Source: a virus (taxonomy: Duplodnaviria; Caudoviricetes). Taken from it: 64,000 nucleotides of DNA. Positions 1 through 8,395 of this stretch are shown piece after piece. The stretch spans positions 19,118 to 83,117 of IMG/VR virus record IMGVR_UViG_3300042541_001363, one strand, 5' to 3'. The translations under genes and the position numbers were made by a program. The first letter of the stretch is position 1; every line of letters starts with the position of its first letter. Below the pieces are notes generated by a model. That model was given only the letters and a program-made list of their open reading frames with translations. It had not been told where the DNA came from and searched no databases.

Positions 1-2
1 TT

Positions 3-155
3 AGAATTGGTGCATATACTGCATCTGATAACACTACTGCTATTGGTTTCTATAGTGGTAAAATTGACGAGTTTAACGTATGGAATCGTGTATTAACCCA
101 ATCAGAAATCACGGAACTATACAACTCAGGTAACGGTAAACAATACCCTAACTAA
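3..155 (+). CDS. 3' end of a LamG/concanavalin-A-like domain protein (partial, starts before window)
   Basis: Frame 3 reads RIGAYTASDNTTAIGFYSGKIDEFNVWNRVLTQSEITELYNSGNGKQYPN*. The segment 'F.G.IDE..VWNR.LT..EI..LYN' is the typical LamG-like C-terminus. Confidence 0.7.
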   Translation, partial: RIGAYTASDNTTAIGFYSGKIDEFNVWNRVLTQSEITELYNSGNGKQYPN

Positions 156-184
156 TAATTAACTAAAACTTAAAAAAATATATC

Positions 185-397
185 ATGAAAGTAAGACAAT
201 TGACAGCAGAACAAAAAGACCTATTAATCGGTCAAATGTGGAATAACCAAGCATATTTCAACCCAACAATAGACGCAGATGGAAATTGGTTCATATCAAA
301 CGAAGAAGTGAATGGATGCGAAAAACCAGAATTCGCTTGGGTTAAAGAATTAACTGAGATTGACTATAATCCAGTAGTATCTGAATTATCATTCTAA
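185..397 (+). CDS. small partner protein, copy 1 of 3 (70 aa)
   Basis: Paralogous to 1272..1493 and 2390..2611 (LT.EQKDLLIGQ.W....FNPT.DADGNWFIS.EEVNGC). Confidence 0.75.
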   Translation: MKVRQLTAEQKDLLIGQMWNNQAYFNPTIDADGNWFISNEEVNGCEKPEFAWVKELTEIDYNPVVSELSF

Positions 398-423
398 TAA
401 AAACTAAAAAATTAAATATAAAT

Positions 424-1245
424 ATGGCAAATATAATAAATCAATACGGACAAGTTAAGTTAGGTGTAAGAAGTACCATCACTTCTCCTACGGATGCGGA
501 CGCTTTAGCATTCATAACCGCGGCAGCAATTACTGGTGCGACTCAACAAAATGCAATCATAACATTGGTAACTCAATTAAAAACTTACGGCATTTGGAGC
601 AAAATGAAGGCATTGTATCCATTTGTGGGTGGAACAGCTGCTCAACATAGGTTTAACCTTAAAGACCCAAGAACGGTAAATGCTGCGTTCTATTTGGATT
701 TCTTAGGAGGTGGTACTCATAGCGCAAATGGGTATCAACCTAATGGTAATTCATATGCTGAGACTTATTTTAATCCTACAACTGGATATAGTGTTAATAA
801 TAGCGCCCACATTTCATTTTACTCACGCACAAATTCTTCAGAAATTTTTGATACAGAAATGGGTTGTTATGATGTTAACAATCTTGTCATTACTACAAGG
901 CGTTCAGACCAATCAAACAATACATTTTTATTTGCTAATACAAATAACGGTATAAACTTTGTTGATTCAGATTCATTAGGTTTATATGTTTCAAATAGAA
1001 TAAACAACCAAGCAAATGGATTTAAAAATGGTGTTAGTAAAGGTAGTAATACAGTAACTGACAACGCTAGAAATAATAGGTCAGTTGTAATTTGCGCGCA
1101 ATCTTCACTATTATACGGAATAACTCAATACTCATCAAGACAATGTGCATTCTCATCAATCGGTGACGGTTTAACAGACGCAGAAGCGACAGCACTATAT
1201 AACGCTGTTCAAGCATTCCAAACTACATTAGGTAGACAAGTATAA
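424..1245 (+). CDS. putative virion lectin/ConA-like beta-sandwich protein, copy 1
   Basis: 273 aa, rich in S/T/N/G. First ~110 aa nearly identical to 1532..2362. The motif DADA.AFITAAAIT...KMKALYPFVGGTA is familiar from freshwater phage proteins; the fold assignment is inference. Confidence 0.55.
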   Translation: MANIINQYGQVKLGVRSTITSPTDADALAFITAAAITGATQQNAIITLVTQLKTYGIWSKMKALYPFVGGTAAQHRFNLKDPRTVNAAFYLDFLGGGTHSANGYQPNGNSYAETYFNPTTGYSVNNSAHISFYSRTNSSEIFDTEMGCYDVNNLVITTRRSDQSNNTFLFANTNNGINFVDSDSLGLYVSNRINNQANGFKNGVSKGSNTVTDNARNNRSVVICAQSSLLYGITQYSSRQCAFSSIGDGLTDAEATALYNAVQAFQTTLGRQV

Positions 1246-1271
1246 TAATAATTAAATAAAAAATATAAAAA

Positions 1272-1493
1272 ATGGAAAACGTATACAAATTAACAATCGA
1301 ACAAAAAGACCTACTAATTGGTCAAACATGGGATGGGGTTCAATTCTTTAATCCGACTCAAGACGCAGATGGAAACTGGTTCATCTCAGTTGAGGAAGTA
1401 AACGGATGCACTCACGAAAACGGTGCATTCGAGTGGATTCATGAATTACCACTTATACCTTATAATCCAGTTATAAGTGAATTACCATTATAA
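1272..1493 (+). CDS. small partner protein, copy 2 (73 aa)
   Basis: Differs from 2390..2611 at only a few residues. Confidence 0.8.
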   Translation: MENVYKLTIEQKDLLIGQTWDGVQFFNPTQDADGNWFISVEEVNGCTHENGAFEWIHELPLIPYNPVISELPL

Positions 1494-1531
1494 TAAAAAC
1501 TAATAAATTAAATAACTTAATTAAATTAATT

Positions 1532-2362
1532 ATGGCAAATATAATAAATCAATATGGACAAGTTAAGTTGGGTGTAAGAAGTACCATCACTTCTCCTACG
1601 GATGCAGATGCGACAGCATTTATAACCGCGGCAGCAATTACTGGTGCGACTCAACAAAATGCAATCATAACATTGGTAACTCAATTAAAAACTTACGGTA
1701 TATGGAGTAAAATGAAAGCATTGTATCCATTCGTTGGTGGAACGGCAGCACAACATCGTTTCAATTTAAAAGACCCTAGAACAGTTAACGCGGCGTTTTA
1801 TTTGGATTTCTTTGGTGGTGGTACACATAGCGCAAATGGCTACCAACCAAATGGTAATTCATATGCTGATACTAAGTTAATACCACAATATGTTCTAGCA
1901 TCTAATAACAGTCATTTAAGTTTTTACTCAAGAAGTAATACTGTAGGGGCTAATAGAGCTTCAATGGGTTCAACAAACTCCCCTTCATTTACAACGTCAC
2001 ATCAGATGTTTTTACGATTTACAGATGGAAATTTTTATGGAATAATTGATTCTAATACTGCATTTGCACAGTTTTCAAATACTAATACGACGGGGTATTA
2101 TGTTGTAAGTAGAGCATCTAATAATTCTATCAAAGCATATAAAAATTCTTCACTGGTTGCAACTAATACAAATACAATTACTCCAATTACTAACTCATAT
2201 CCAATACTTATAAGCGCAAGAAATGATGCCTTCACCCCACAAAATTTTGACGATAAGGAAACAGCATTCGCATCAATCGGAGACGGTCTATCCGACACTG
2301 AAGCAGCTAACTTCTACACAGCGGTACAAACATACCAAACTACATTAGGTAGACAAGTATGA
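1532..2362 (+). CDS. putative virion lectin/ConA-like beta-sandwich protein, copy 2
   Basis: 276 aa. Conserved N- and C-termini relative to 424..1245, with a divergent centre. Confidence 0.55.
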   Translation: MANIINQYGQVKLGVRSTITSPTDADATAFITAAAITGATQQNAIITLVTQLKTYGIWSKMKALYPFVGGTAAQHRFNLKDPRTVNAAFYLDFFGGGTHSANGYQPNGNSYADTKLIPQYVLASNNSHLSFYSRSNTVGANRASMGSTNSPSFTTSHQMFLRFTDGNFYGIIDSNTAFAQFSNTNTTGYYVVSRASNNSIKAYKNSSLVATNTNTITPITNSYPILISARNDAFTPQNFDDKETAFASIGDGLSDTEAANFYTAVQTYQTTLGRQV

Positions 2363-2389
2363 TAATAATTAAATAAAAAATATAAAAAA

Positions 2390-2611
2390 ATGGAAAACGT
2401 ATACAAATTAACAATCGAACAAAAAGACCTACTAATTGGTCAAACATGGGATGGGGTACAATACTTTAACCCTACACAAGACGCAGACGGAAATTGGTTT
2501 ATTTCAGTTGAAGAAGTAAATGGATGTACTCACGAAAATGGTGCATTTGAATGGATTCATGAATTACCATTAATCCCTTATAATCCAATTATAAGTGAAT
2601 TACCAATGTAA
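2390..2611 (+). CDS. small partner protein, copy 3 (73 aa)
   Basis: Paralog of 1272..1493. Confidence 0.8.
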   Translation: MENVYKLTIEQKDLLIGQTWDGVQYFNPTQDADGNWFISVEEVNGCTHENGAFEWIHELPLIPYNPIISELPM

Positions 2612-2620
2612 TAAAAACTA

Positions 2621-2647
2621 AAAAACCCACTTTAAGTGGGTTTTTTT
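2621..2647. terminator. bidirectional intrinsic terminator
   Basis: aaaaa-cccact-tta-agtggg-ttttttt between convergent genes. Confidence 0.85.
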
Positions 2648-2650
2648 ATT

Positions 2651-3979
2651 TTATTTAGTTTTATTTTTAACTGTTCTAGGTTTTCGTTTAGTAACCTTAT
2701 TTTTAATATTTGAAACGGTATATCCATTTGTTGTTTCGTTGTAAATCAATCCGTGATTACCACCATTAAATAGGTTAAAAATTAGGTCGTCATATATTTT
2801 AACTAGTTTACTATTATCAGCGTAATATCGTTCTAGTACTTTATCATTTCTTTTATTGTATTCATCAATATTACTATCATGATTTTCTAATATCCAATTT
2901 AATTTTTCAGAAGCGGCTAAAGTATCCGAACCTTCATAATAATAACCAATATCTTTACACATTGGTGCGTTATGTAGTACTGGGTAACCCATGTATGCTG
3001 CGTCTAAATATAAATAATTTAATGGGTTTAAAAGTTGATGACAAACTAAAATATCAATATGTTGTGTTAATATGAATGCGGTTTGGAATCTACCTTCTGC
3101 GGTTATTTTATTATCTTTATATAAGTCAAAAGTTTTAATCATACCCATAAATTCACGATGTTTAGCAACATCCATCGCATTGGTTAACATAAGACCATCT
3201 ATTTTATTTTTACCTATTTCACTTCGATATGATTGTTCAGCAATCATTGATGGGATTAGACAAAATTTAACTATATTTATATTGGGTTCCATGATTCCAA
3301 TTTTCTTTTTTTCTTTATTCAAATCATATTGCCATCCTTTTTTATAAATACCTTTTTTATGTGAACTTTCAATCTCTATCAATGATTCCAATAAAAATTT
3401 ATTATGCCATATGAATGGTACTATAGTAGCGTTTGTTCTGTATAATGTATTATAATAGCCTTTATTAACTTCGTCTTGTTGTGGTACATACCAAATTTCA
3501 TCATATTGTTCATCAAACTGATATATTGCGGTGTCTGACGATTCTTTAAAAATAATATTTTCCATGGAAATAACATAATTATTTCCACATTTATAACCAA
3601 TTATTTTTTTATTTTCACCACTAGCTTTAAATTTTTCTATTTCTGAATTATGTATTTGTGAACCCATACATATCATCAAATCCATATCTAAATAATTTTT
3701 AGAGAAATTAACAAATTTAATATCTTTTAAATATTTAGGGATTAATATTTCATCACCATCTTCATTAATATCTTTGATGCAATATTCTTTAGCAATATCT
3801 GTGGAATTATTTTCTGTCCAATCTATATTAAAAGTGTTTAATAAATAAACGTCATAATTTAATTTAGAATTTTTTAGTAATCTATATAGAACTAATACAT
3901 TTTGTTTTATACCATTGCTCCATATGGATTCTTCATTACTTTTTAATCCGATTGTAATACCAATTTTTATTTTTTTCAT
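2651..3979 (-). CDS. DUF2827-family (glycosyltransferase-like) protein
   Basis: N-terminal KIGITI...SIWSNGIKQNV, then IGIMEPNINIVK...P and HQLLNPLNYLYLDAAYMGYPVLHN...GYYY. These match my recollection of DUF2827. Confidence 0.7.
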   Translation of the reverse strand: MKKIKIGITIGLKSNEESIWSNGIKQNVLVLYRLLKNSKLNYDVYLLNTFNIDWTENNSTDIAKEYCIKDINEDGDEILIPKYLKDIKFVNFSKNYLDMDLMICMGSQIHNSEIEKFKASGENKKIIGYKCGNNYVISMENIIFKESSDTAIYQFDEQYDEIWYVPQQDEVNKGYYNTLYRTNATIVPFIWHNKFLLESLIEIESSHKKGIYKKGWQYDLNKEKKKIGIMEPNINIVKFCLIPSMIAEQSYRSEIGKNKIDGLMLTNAMDVAKHREFMGMIKTFDLYKDNKITAEGRFQTAFILTQHIDILVCHQLLNPLNYLYLDAAYMGYPVLHNAPMCKDIGYYYEGSDTLAASEKLNWILENHDSNIDEYNKRNDKVLERYYADNSKLVKIYDDLIFNLFNGGNHGLIYNETTNGYTVSNIKNKVTKRKPRTVKNKTK

Positions 3980-4033
3980 TTTGTTAAATAATTTGTAATA
4001 ATTATAGTTATTTTTATTATTAAAGTAAAGTTT

Positions 4034-4612
4034 TTAGGTTGAATAATGTTTTTCAATGAACCTATCGACTAGTTCGTTTTTATCATTTTCATTAGGTGCT
4101 GTTAACCATAACCAAATAAAAGAATATTCTATTTTTTTAATTTCTTCTTTTTTAGATTCTATCAACTCGTTTAATGTTTTTGTTTCTTCTAATGATAGTT
4201 TTACTTTTATGTTTAGTTTTTTGGATATAAAACATAATTCAAATATATTATAAGCTTCATATGCTTCAGTTGCTTCCATATATAGTTCTTTCAGTTCTTC
4301 TGAATCAACTCTATCTGGGTGTGTTACTTTTACTATGTTTCTATATATTTTTTTAACGCGAATTTTGGTGTTTTCAGAAATACCAGACATATCAATTTTT
4401 GGTTCAATCTTTTTAGATTTTGCTCCATTATTAAGTTCTGGTTCTTGGTTAATGTTTTTAAAATTTAATTCATTTAATTTATTATTAACCAAATCTAAGA
4501 AGTCTTTTTGTTTAGTGTTTATCAATTCTTTTTTTAATTCTTCATCAGACTTCAAAAAAGAATATTCTTGAATTAATTTGTTTATTTGTAAATCGACTAA
4601 TTTTTCGTCCAT
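4034..4612 (-). CDS. J-domain (DnaJ-like) protein
   Basis: VKKIYRNIVKVTHPDRVDSEELKELYMEATEAYE: helix II, HPD motif, helix III. Confidence 0.7.
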   Translation of the reverse strand: MDEKLVDLQINKLIQEYSFLKSDEELKKELINTKQKDFLDLVNNKLNELNFKNINQEPELNNGAKSKKIEPKIDMSGISENTKIRVKKIYRNIVKVTHPDRVDSEELKELYMEATEAYEAYNIFELCFISKKLNIKVKLSLEETKTLNELIESKKEEIKKIEYSFIWLWLTAPNENDKNELVDRFIEKHYST

Positions 4613-4658
4613 AATATTTTATTTAAAAAAGTTGGTGTTAATAAACCCTACTTTTTTG

Positions 4659-5099
4659 TTATTTTTTAACTTTGATAAACTTAAACCAAGCTCTTTCATG
4701 TAAGAAATATAAAATTGGTTTTACCAATAACTCAACAACACCAAAAATAGATGCTATTTCTAATGGTAATCCAAATAACAATGTTGTAATTACCGTTGTT
4801 AGCGTACCTAATATTCTATACGTTGCTGTTTTTATTATATGTCTATACAATACAGAATCCTCTTTTATTGTAGTTATGTAAGCAATATTGTTTTTAACAA
4901 CACAATGACCAACACAGCTAATATGCCATTTATAATCATTTATTTCTGGTATCCAATCTTTTGTTGTGTATGTGTGACCGTCTACAATTACATCAGAAAT
5001 AAGTATTTCTTTTCCATTTTCAATTAGTCTCCATCTTTCAGTATCATTTGTTGAAACTGTGTTGTATCTTATCTGATATGTTTTACTAGTTGTTGTCAT
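4659..5099 (-). CDS. DUF2061 membrane protein with an extra N-terminal domain
   Basis: C-terminus RHIIKTATYRILGTLTT...ELLVKPILYFLHERAW is DUF2061-like. The ~80-aa N-terminal part is unrelated and soluble. Confidence 0.75.
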   Translation of the reverse strand: MTTTSKTYQIRYNTVSTNDTERWRLIENGKEILISDVIVDGHTYTTKDWIPEINDYKWHISCVGHCVVKNNIAYITTIKEDSVLYRHIIKTATYRILGTLTTVITTLLFGLPLEIASIFGVVELLVKPILYFLHERAWFKFIKVKK

Positions 5100-5102
5100 A
5101 TA

Positions 5103-5747
5103 TTAAATATTATGTGTTACACCATTAAATCCTAATCCAACCATTTTATTTTTATCTAAATTACCATCTGATATCAAGTGATTGATAATATCACTAGCGG
5201 AATCTGATGGTTGTGTGTTGTATGTAGATATTGATAGATAAGGGGTTAATGGTTGTTCGTAAGGTGAATCTATACCAGTAAACATGGGTATTTCACCCAT
5301 TCTAGCTTTTTTATATAACCCTTTTGGGTCTCTTGATTCACATAATTCTAATGGTGTATTTATAAATATTTCAAAGAATTTATCTTCACCTATTATCTGT
5401 TTACTCATTTCACGTTCGTTAATGAATGGTGAAATAAATGCAGTGATAACAATCACGCCAGCATCTGACATTAGTTTAGCTGTTTCAGCAATTCTTCTTA
5501 TATTTTCTTTTCTATCATCATCGGAAAACCCTAAATCTTTATTTAACCCTAACCTAATATTATCACCATCTAAAATATAAGATAGTTTACCCATTTTATG
5601 AAGTTGATTAGCGATTTCATTGGCTATTGTTGATTTTCCAGAACCAGATAGTCCAGTTAACCAAATAACAATAGATTTTTGACCTATTAGGTTTTCCCTA
5701 TCGTTATTTGTTACTATTGTAGTTTGTTTAAATATATCTAAACTCAT
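5103..5747 (-). CDS. cysC: adenylyl-sulfate (APS) kinase
   Basis: [14 protein letters not shown] (P-loop), [31 protein letters not shown]. Likely start is ATG at 5747 (MSLDIF), overlapping the upstream gene by 20 nt; the ORF track extends it to 5783. Confidence 0.95.
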   Translation of the reverse strand: MSLDIFKQTTIVTNNDRENLIGQKSIVIWLTGLSGSGKSTIANEIANQLHKMGKLSYILDGDNIRLGLNKDLGFSDDDRKENIRRIAETAKLMSDAGVIVITAFISPFINEREMSKQIIGEDKFFEIFINTPLELCESRDPKGLYKKARMGEIPMFTGIDSPYEQPLTPYLSISTYNTQPSDSASDIINHLISDGNLDKNKMVGLGFNGVTHNI

Positions 5748-6549
5748 CGTAGAACCATTTATATCTGTTTCTGATATAATCACATGTCGCGTTACCTAAA
5801 ACTTCCTTATAATCCTTCTTTTGTGGTTCAATCTTTTGTTTGATTACATGGTCACCGTAGATACCATAAACTGAATCATCTTCTTGTGTGATTTGTTCAA
5901 CATTATCAAAATTATGACCTTCATAATAAGGTAAACCAAAATGTGTATAAATTTTTTTCATTTCATTTTCTGGATTTTCACATAGGTCTTCAAAACGAAT
6001 GAAAAGAATGTTTTTATTGTTACCTTCTTTTATGATTTGGTATACACGTTCAATTGCCATTCCAACTGGTTGAGAGTTTGACCAAATATCAACTCGTTTT
6101 TCAGTTGTTGTACCTTTCATTTGACCATGGTTAACAATACCACTATCTAAATGTTGGTTTTTTCTAAAGTTTTTCTCCATTGATGAGAATACAGCTCTTA
6201 AATCACGAACCAAACAAACTATTTTAGGTTCTTCATAAAAAAAGTTTAAGAAATCATAATGAATACCCCATCCTCGACTTTTATCCAATACATATGGTCT
6301 ATCAGTGATTCCATTAAAGAATCCTTCCATACCGTTTTTACAAAATGATTTAAAACCATTTTTCATCAATTGTTGGTCTTGGGCTTTAAATTCTGGTGAG
6401 TTAGTATAGTTACCTCTTGCAGCAAATAATAATTCTAACACACCAGATGTAGGTGTTGCGTAAAATTCTGGGTTTTGTAGCATTATGTTTTGTAATAAGC
6501 TAGAGCCACTTCTAGGTAATGAGCTTTGAAAAAATATTTTTTTAACCAT
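5728..6549 (-). CDS. PAPS-dependent sulfotransferase
   Basis: 5'-PSB loop [17 protein letters not shown], 3'-PB motif [10 protein letters not shown], and IRFEDLC.NPE.EMKKIY.HFGL. Confidence 0.9.
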   Translation of the reverse strand: MVKKIFFQSSLPRSGSSLLQNIMLQNPEFYATPTSGVLELLFAARGNYTNSPEFKAQDQQLMKNGFKSFCKNGMEGFFNGITDRPYVLDKSRGWGIHYDFLNFFYEEPKIVCLVRDLRAVFSSMEKNFRKNQHLDSGIVNHGQMKGTTTEKRVDIWSNSQPVGMAIERVYQIIKEGNNKNILFIRFEDLCENPENEMKKIYTHFGLPYYEGHNFDNVEQITQEDDSVYGIYGDHVIKQKIEPQKKDYKEVLGNATCDYIRNRYKWFYDEFRYI

Positions 6550-6574
6550 TTAATATTTATTTTTATATTGTGTT

Positions 6575-6609
6575 ATTTATAATTATACTAAAAAATTTAA
6601 GTTAAGTAA
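6575..6609 (-). promoter_or_regulatory. putative promoter TTTACT-N17-TATAAT for the sulfotransferase-cysC operon (divergent from the heptosyltransferase)
   Basis: Minus strand reads tttact-taacttaaattttttag-tataat. The same TTTACT-N17-TATAAT pattern lies upstream of DUF2827 (about 4002..4030). AT-rich context lowers specificity. Confidence 0.45.
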
Positions 6610-6620
6610 ATAAGAATTCT

Positions 6621-7658
6621 ATGATAAACGTAAGTTATGTTTCAAGGTTACCATTACAAGGTGATTCCCCATCTGTTATTGTTAATGAAAATGCTGATAA
6701 AAACTATATTGTTTATTTCATAGATTCTAACACATCTAAAATAATTTCTTATAAAAAATTTAAGTCAAACGAAAAGGTTTTTGGTGGTAGACAATGGTTT
6801 ACTGATTGGGAAATTAAGGTGTATGATGAGAATAAAAATTTAATACATACTGATATTTTAAATTTAAACGGTAAAACTGTTTTTATAAAATTAGACGCTA
6901 AAGCATTAGGTGATACATTAGCTTGGATACCTTATGTTGAAGAGTTTAGATTAAAACATAATTGTAATGTTATTTGTTCTACATTTTTCAATCACATAGT
7001 AAAAGATGTTTACACTAATATTATGTTTGTAGCACCTAACACATATATAGATAATATCTATGCTCAATATTATGTTGGTGCTAGTGATGATGGTAATGAA
7101 GCATATACACCATTAAAATCTGGTAGTTTTCCTTTACAAAAAACAGCTTCAGATATATTAGGTATTATACATAAAGAAGTTAGACCAACATTAGAAAAAT
7201 TAGTTGAAAATTCGACACGAAGAGTTGGAGGTAGGTATGTTTGTATTTCTGAATTTGGTAGTTCACAAAGTAAGATGTGGAAAGAGGGTATTGATGGTTG
7301 GCAGCAAATCGTTGATTATTTGAATAGTAAAGGTTATAAAGTAATGGTTATATCTAAAGAAAAAACAACATTAACCAATGTAATTGACTTAAGTGGTAAT
7401 TATAAATTATATGATAGGATGATTGATTTATATCACAGTGAATTTTTTATTGGTATATCATCTGGTTTATCATGGTTATCTTGGTCATTAAATAAACATG
7501 TTGTTATGATTAGTGACACAACACCGATAGACCACGAATTTGTTTATAATTGTACTAGGATTTCAGCTAATAATTTAAAAAATGTTAATTATAATATTGA
7601 AAATTACACCTCAATCGATACTGTTATTAATTCATTACGTATTTTACTTAACGAATAA
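6621..7658 (+). CDS. TibC/Aah-like autotransporter O-heptosyltransferase (GT-B fold)
   Basis: RQWFTDWEIKVY..LNLNGKTVFIKLDAKALGDTLAWIPYVEEFRLKHNC; YVCISEFGSSQSKMW..GWQQIVDYL..KGYKV; FFIGISSGLSWLSWSL.K.VVMIS. Confidence 0.8.
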   Translation: MINVSYVSRLPLQGDSPSVIVNENADKNYIVYFIDSNTSKIISYKKFKSNEKVFGGRQWFTDWEIKVYDENKNLIHTDILNLNGKTVFIKLDAKALGDTLAWIPYVEEFRLKHNCNVICSTFFNHIVKDVYTNIMFVAPNTYIDNIYAQYYVGASDDGNEAYTPLKSGSFPLQKTASDILGIIHKEVRPTLEKLVENSTRRVGGRYVCISEFGSSQSKMWKEGIDGWQQIVDYLNSKGYKVMVISKEKTTLTNVIDLSGNYKLYDRMIDLYHSEFFIGISSGLSWLSWSLNKHVVMISDTTPIDHEFVYNCTRISANNLKNVNYNIENYTSIDTVINSLRILLNE

Positions 7659-8027
7659 TTTATCAAAACAAATTGTAAATACCAACCCATAAATAACCCT
7701 AGCTATAAACGCAGCTAATATCACATTCATTGAACCAAACGATAATAAAGGTAACCCAATAAATAAAAATGTATTTCTAAAAAATTTAAATAAATGCCAT
7801 GCATCTGTTGTAAAAACAAAGATAGTTGATGAACCCAAGAATCTTTCAGTTTTTAAATCTTCTTTCCATTTATTAACCCATGATTTATTTGGGTCCCAAA
7901 ATGTTTGTTTATACTTATCTTGAGAGAAAATAGATTTCTCAAAGTGAAATTGTGTTTTATCCATCACTGCTTCCGCTGCTGCTGATGCTGCAACAACCAA
8001 AAATCCTAATATAGTTAATAGTATCAT
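7644..8027 (-). CDS. hypothetical membrane protein
   Basis: 127 aa with hydrophobic N- and C-terminal segments; contains FWDP.KSW.NKW and TDAWHLFKF. Confidence 0.6.
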   Translation of the reverse strand: MILLTILGFLVVAASAAAEAVMDKTQFHFEKSIFSQDKYKQTFWDPNKSWVNKWKEDLKTERFLGSSTIFVFTTDAWHLFKFFRNTFLFIGLPLLSFGSMNVILAAFIARVIYGLVFTICFDKLFVK

Positions 8028-8272
8028 TTTATCCCAAATATTTTTTTAAACTTATTAACAAACGGCATGTCTTCACCATTGTGTTCTAATTTATATTTTT
8101 CATTTTTAGTTATTATAGTCCAAACAATGTTTCCAATAAAAGCACCATTAGCTGCTATACCAGAACCAATTAACCCATATAGCTCAATATCCCCACTTTG
8201 TATCCAAGAAGGTAATAACACCCAATAAATCACAAAGAAAAAACTAGTTACAATCCAATAAATAATATTCAT
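8024..8272 (-). CDS. small membrane protein
   Basis: Two hydrophobic segments. Likely start is ATG 8272 (MNIIY), 13 nt downstream of a TATTTATA motif. Confidence 0.55.
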   Translation of the reverse strand: MNIIYWIVTSFFFVIYWVLLPSWIQSGDIELYGLIGSGIAANGAFIGNIVWTIITKNEKYKLEHNGEDMPFVNKFKKIFGIK

Positions 8273-8395
8273 ATCTTTTTTATATATAAATATCATAATT
8301 ATATCAAATCTTTGGATATTTATATAAAAATGTAATAAAAATACAACGATAATTAATATTATATTTAATCGTTACAGTAAAAATTAAAACAAATT

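Larger units (their letters stand above)
424..2620 (+). repeat. tandem duplication, unit about 1.11 kb (large ORF + small ORF)
   Basis: Gene starts are offset by 1108 nt (424/1532) and 1118 nt (1272/2390). The intergenic spacers are also near-identical. Confidence 0.9.

Noticed and set aside
424-2362. Diversity-generating retroelement (TR/VR pair) in the duplicated genes
   Set aside because: Both copies are full ORFs, differences are not confined to adenines, and no reverse transcriptase is present in the window.
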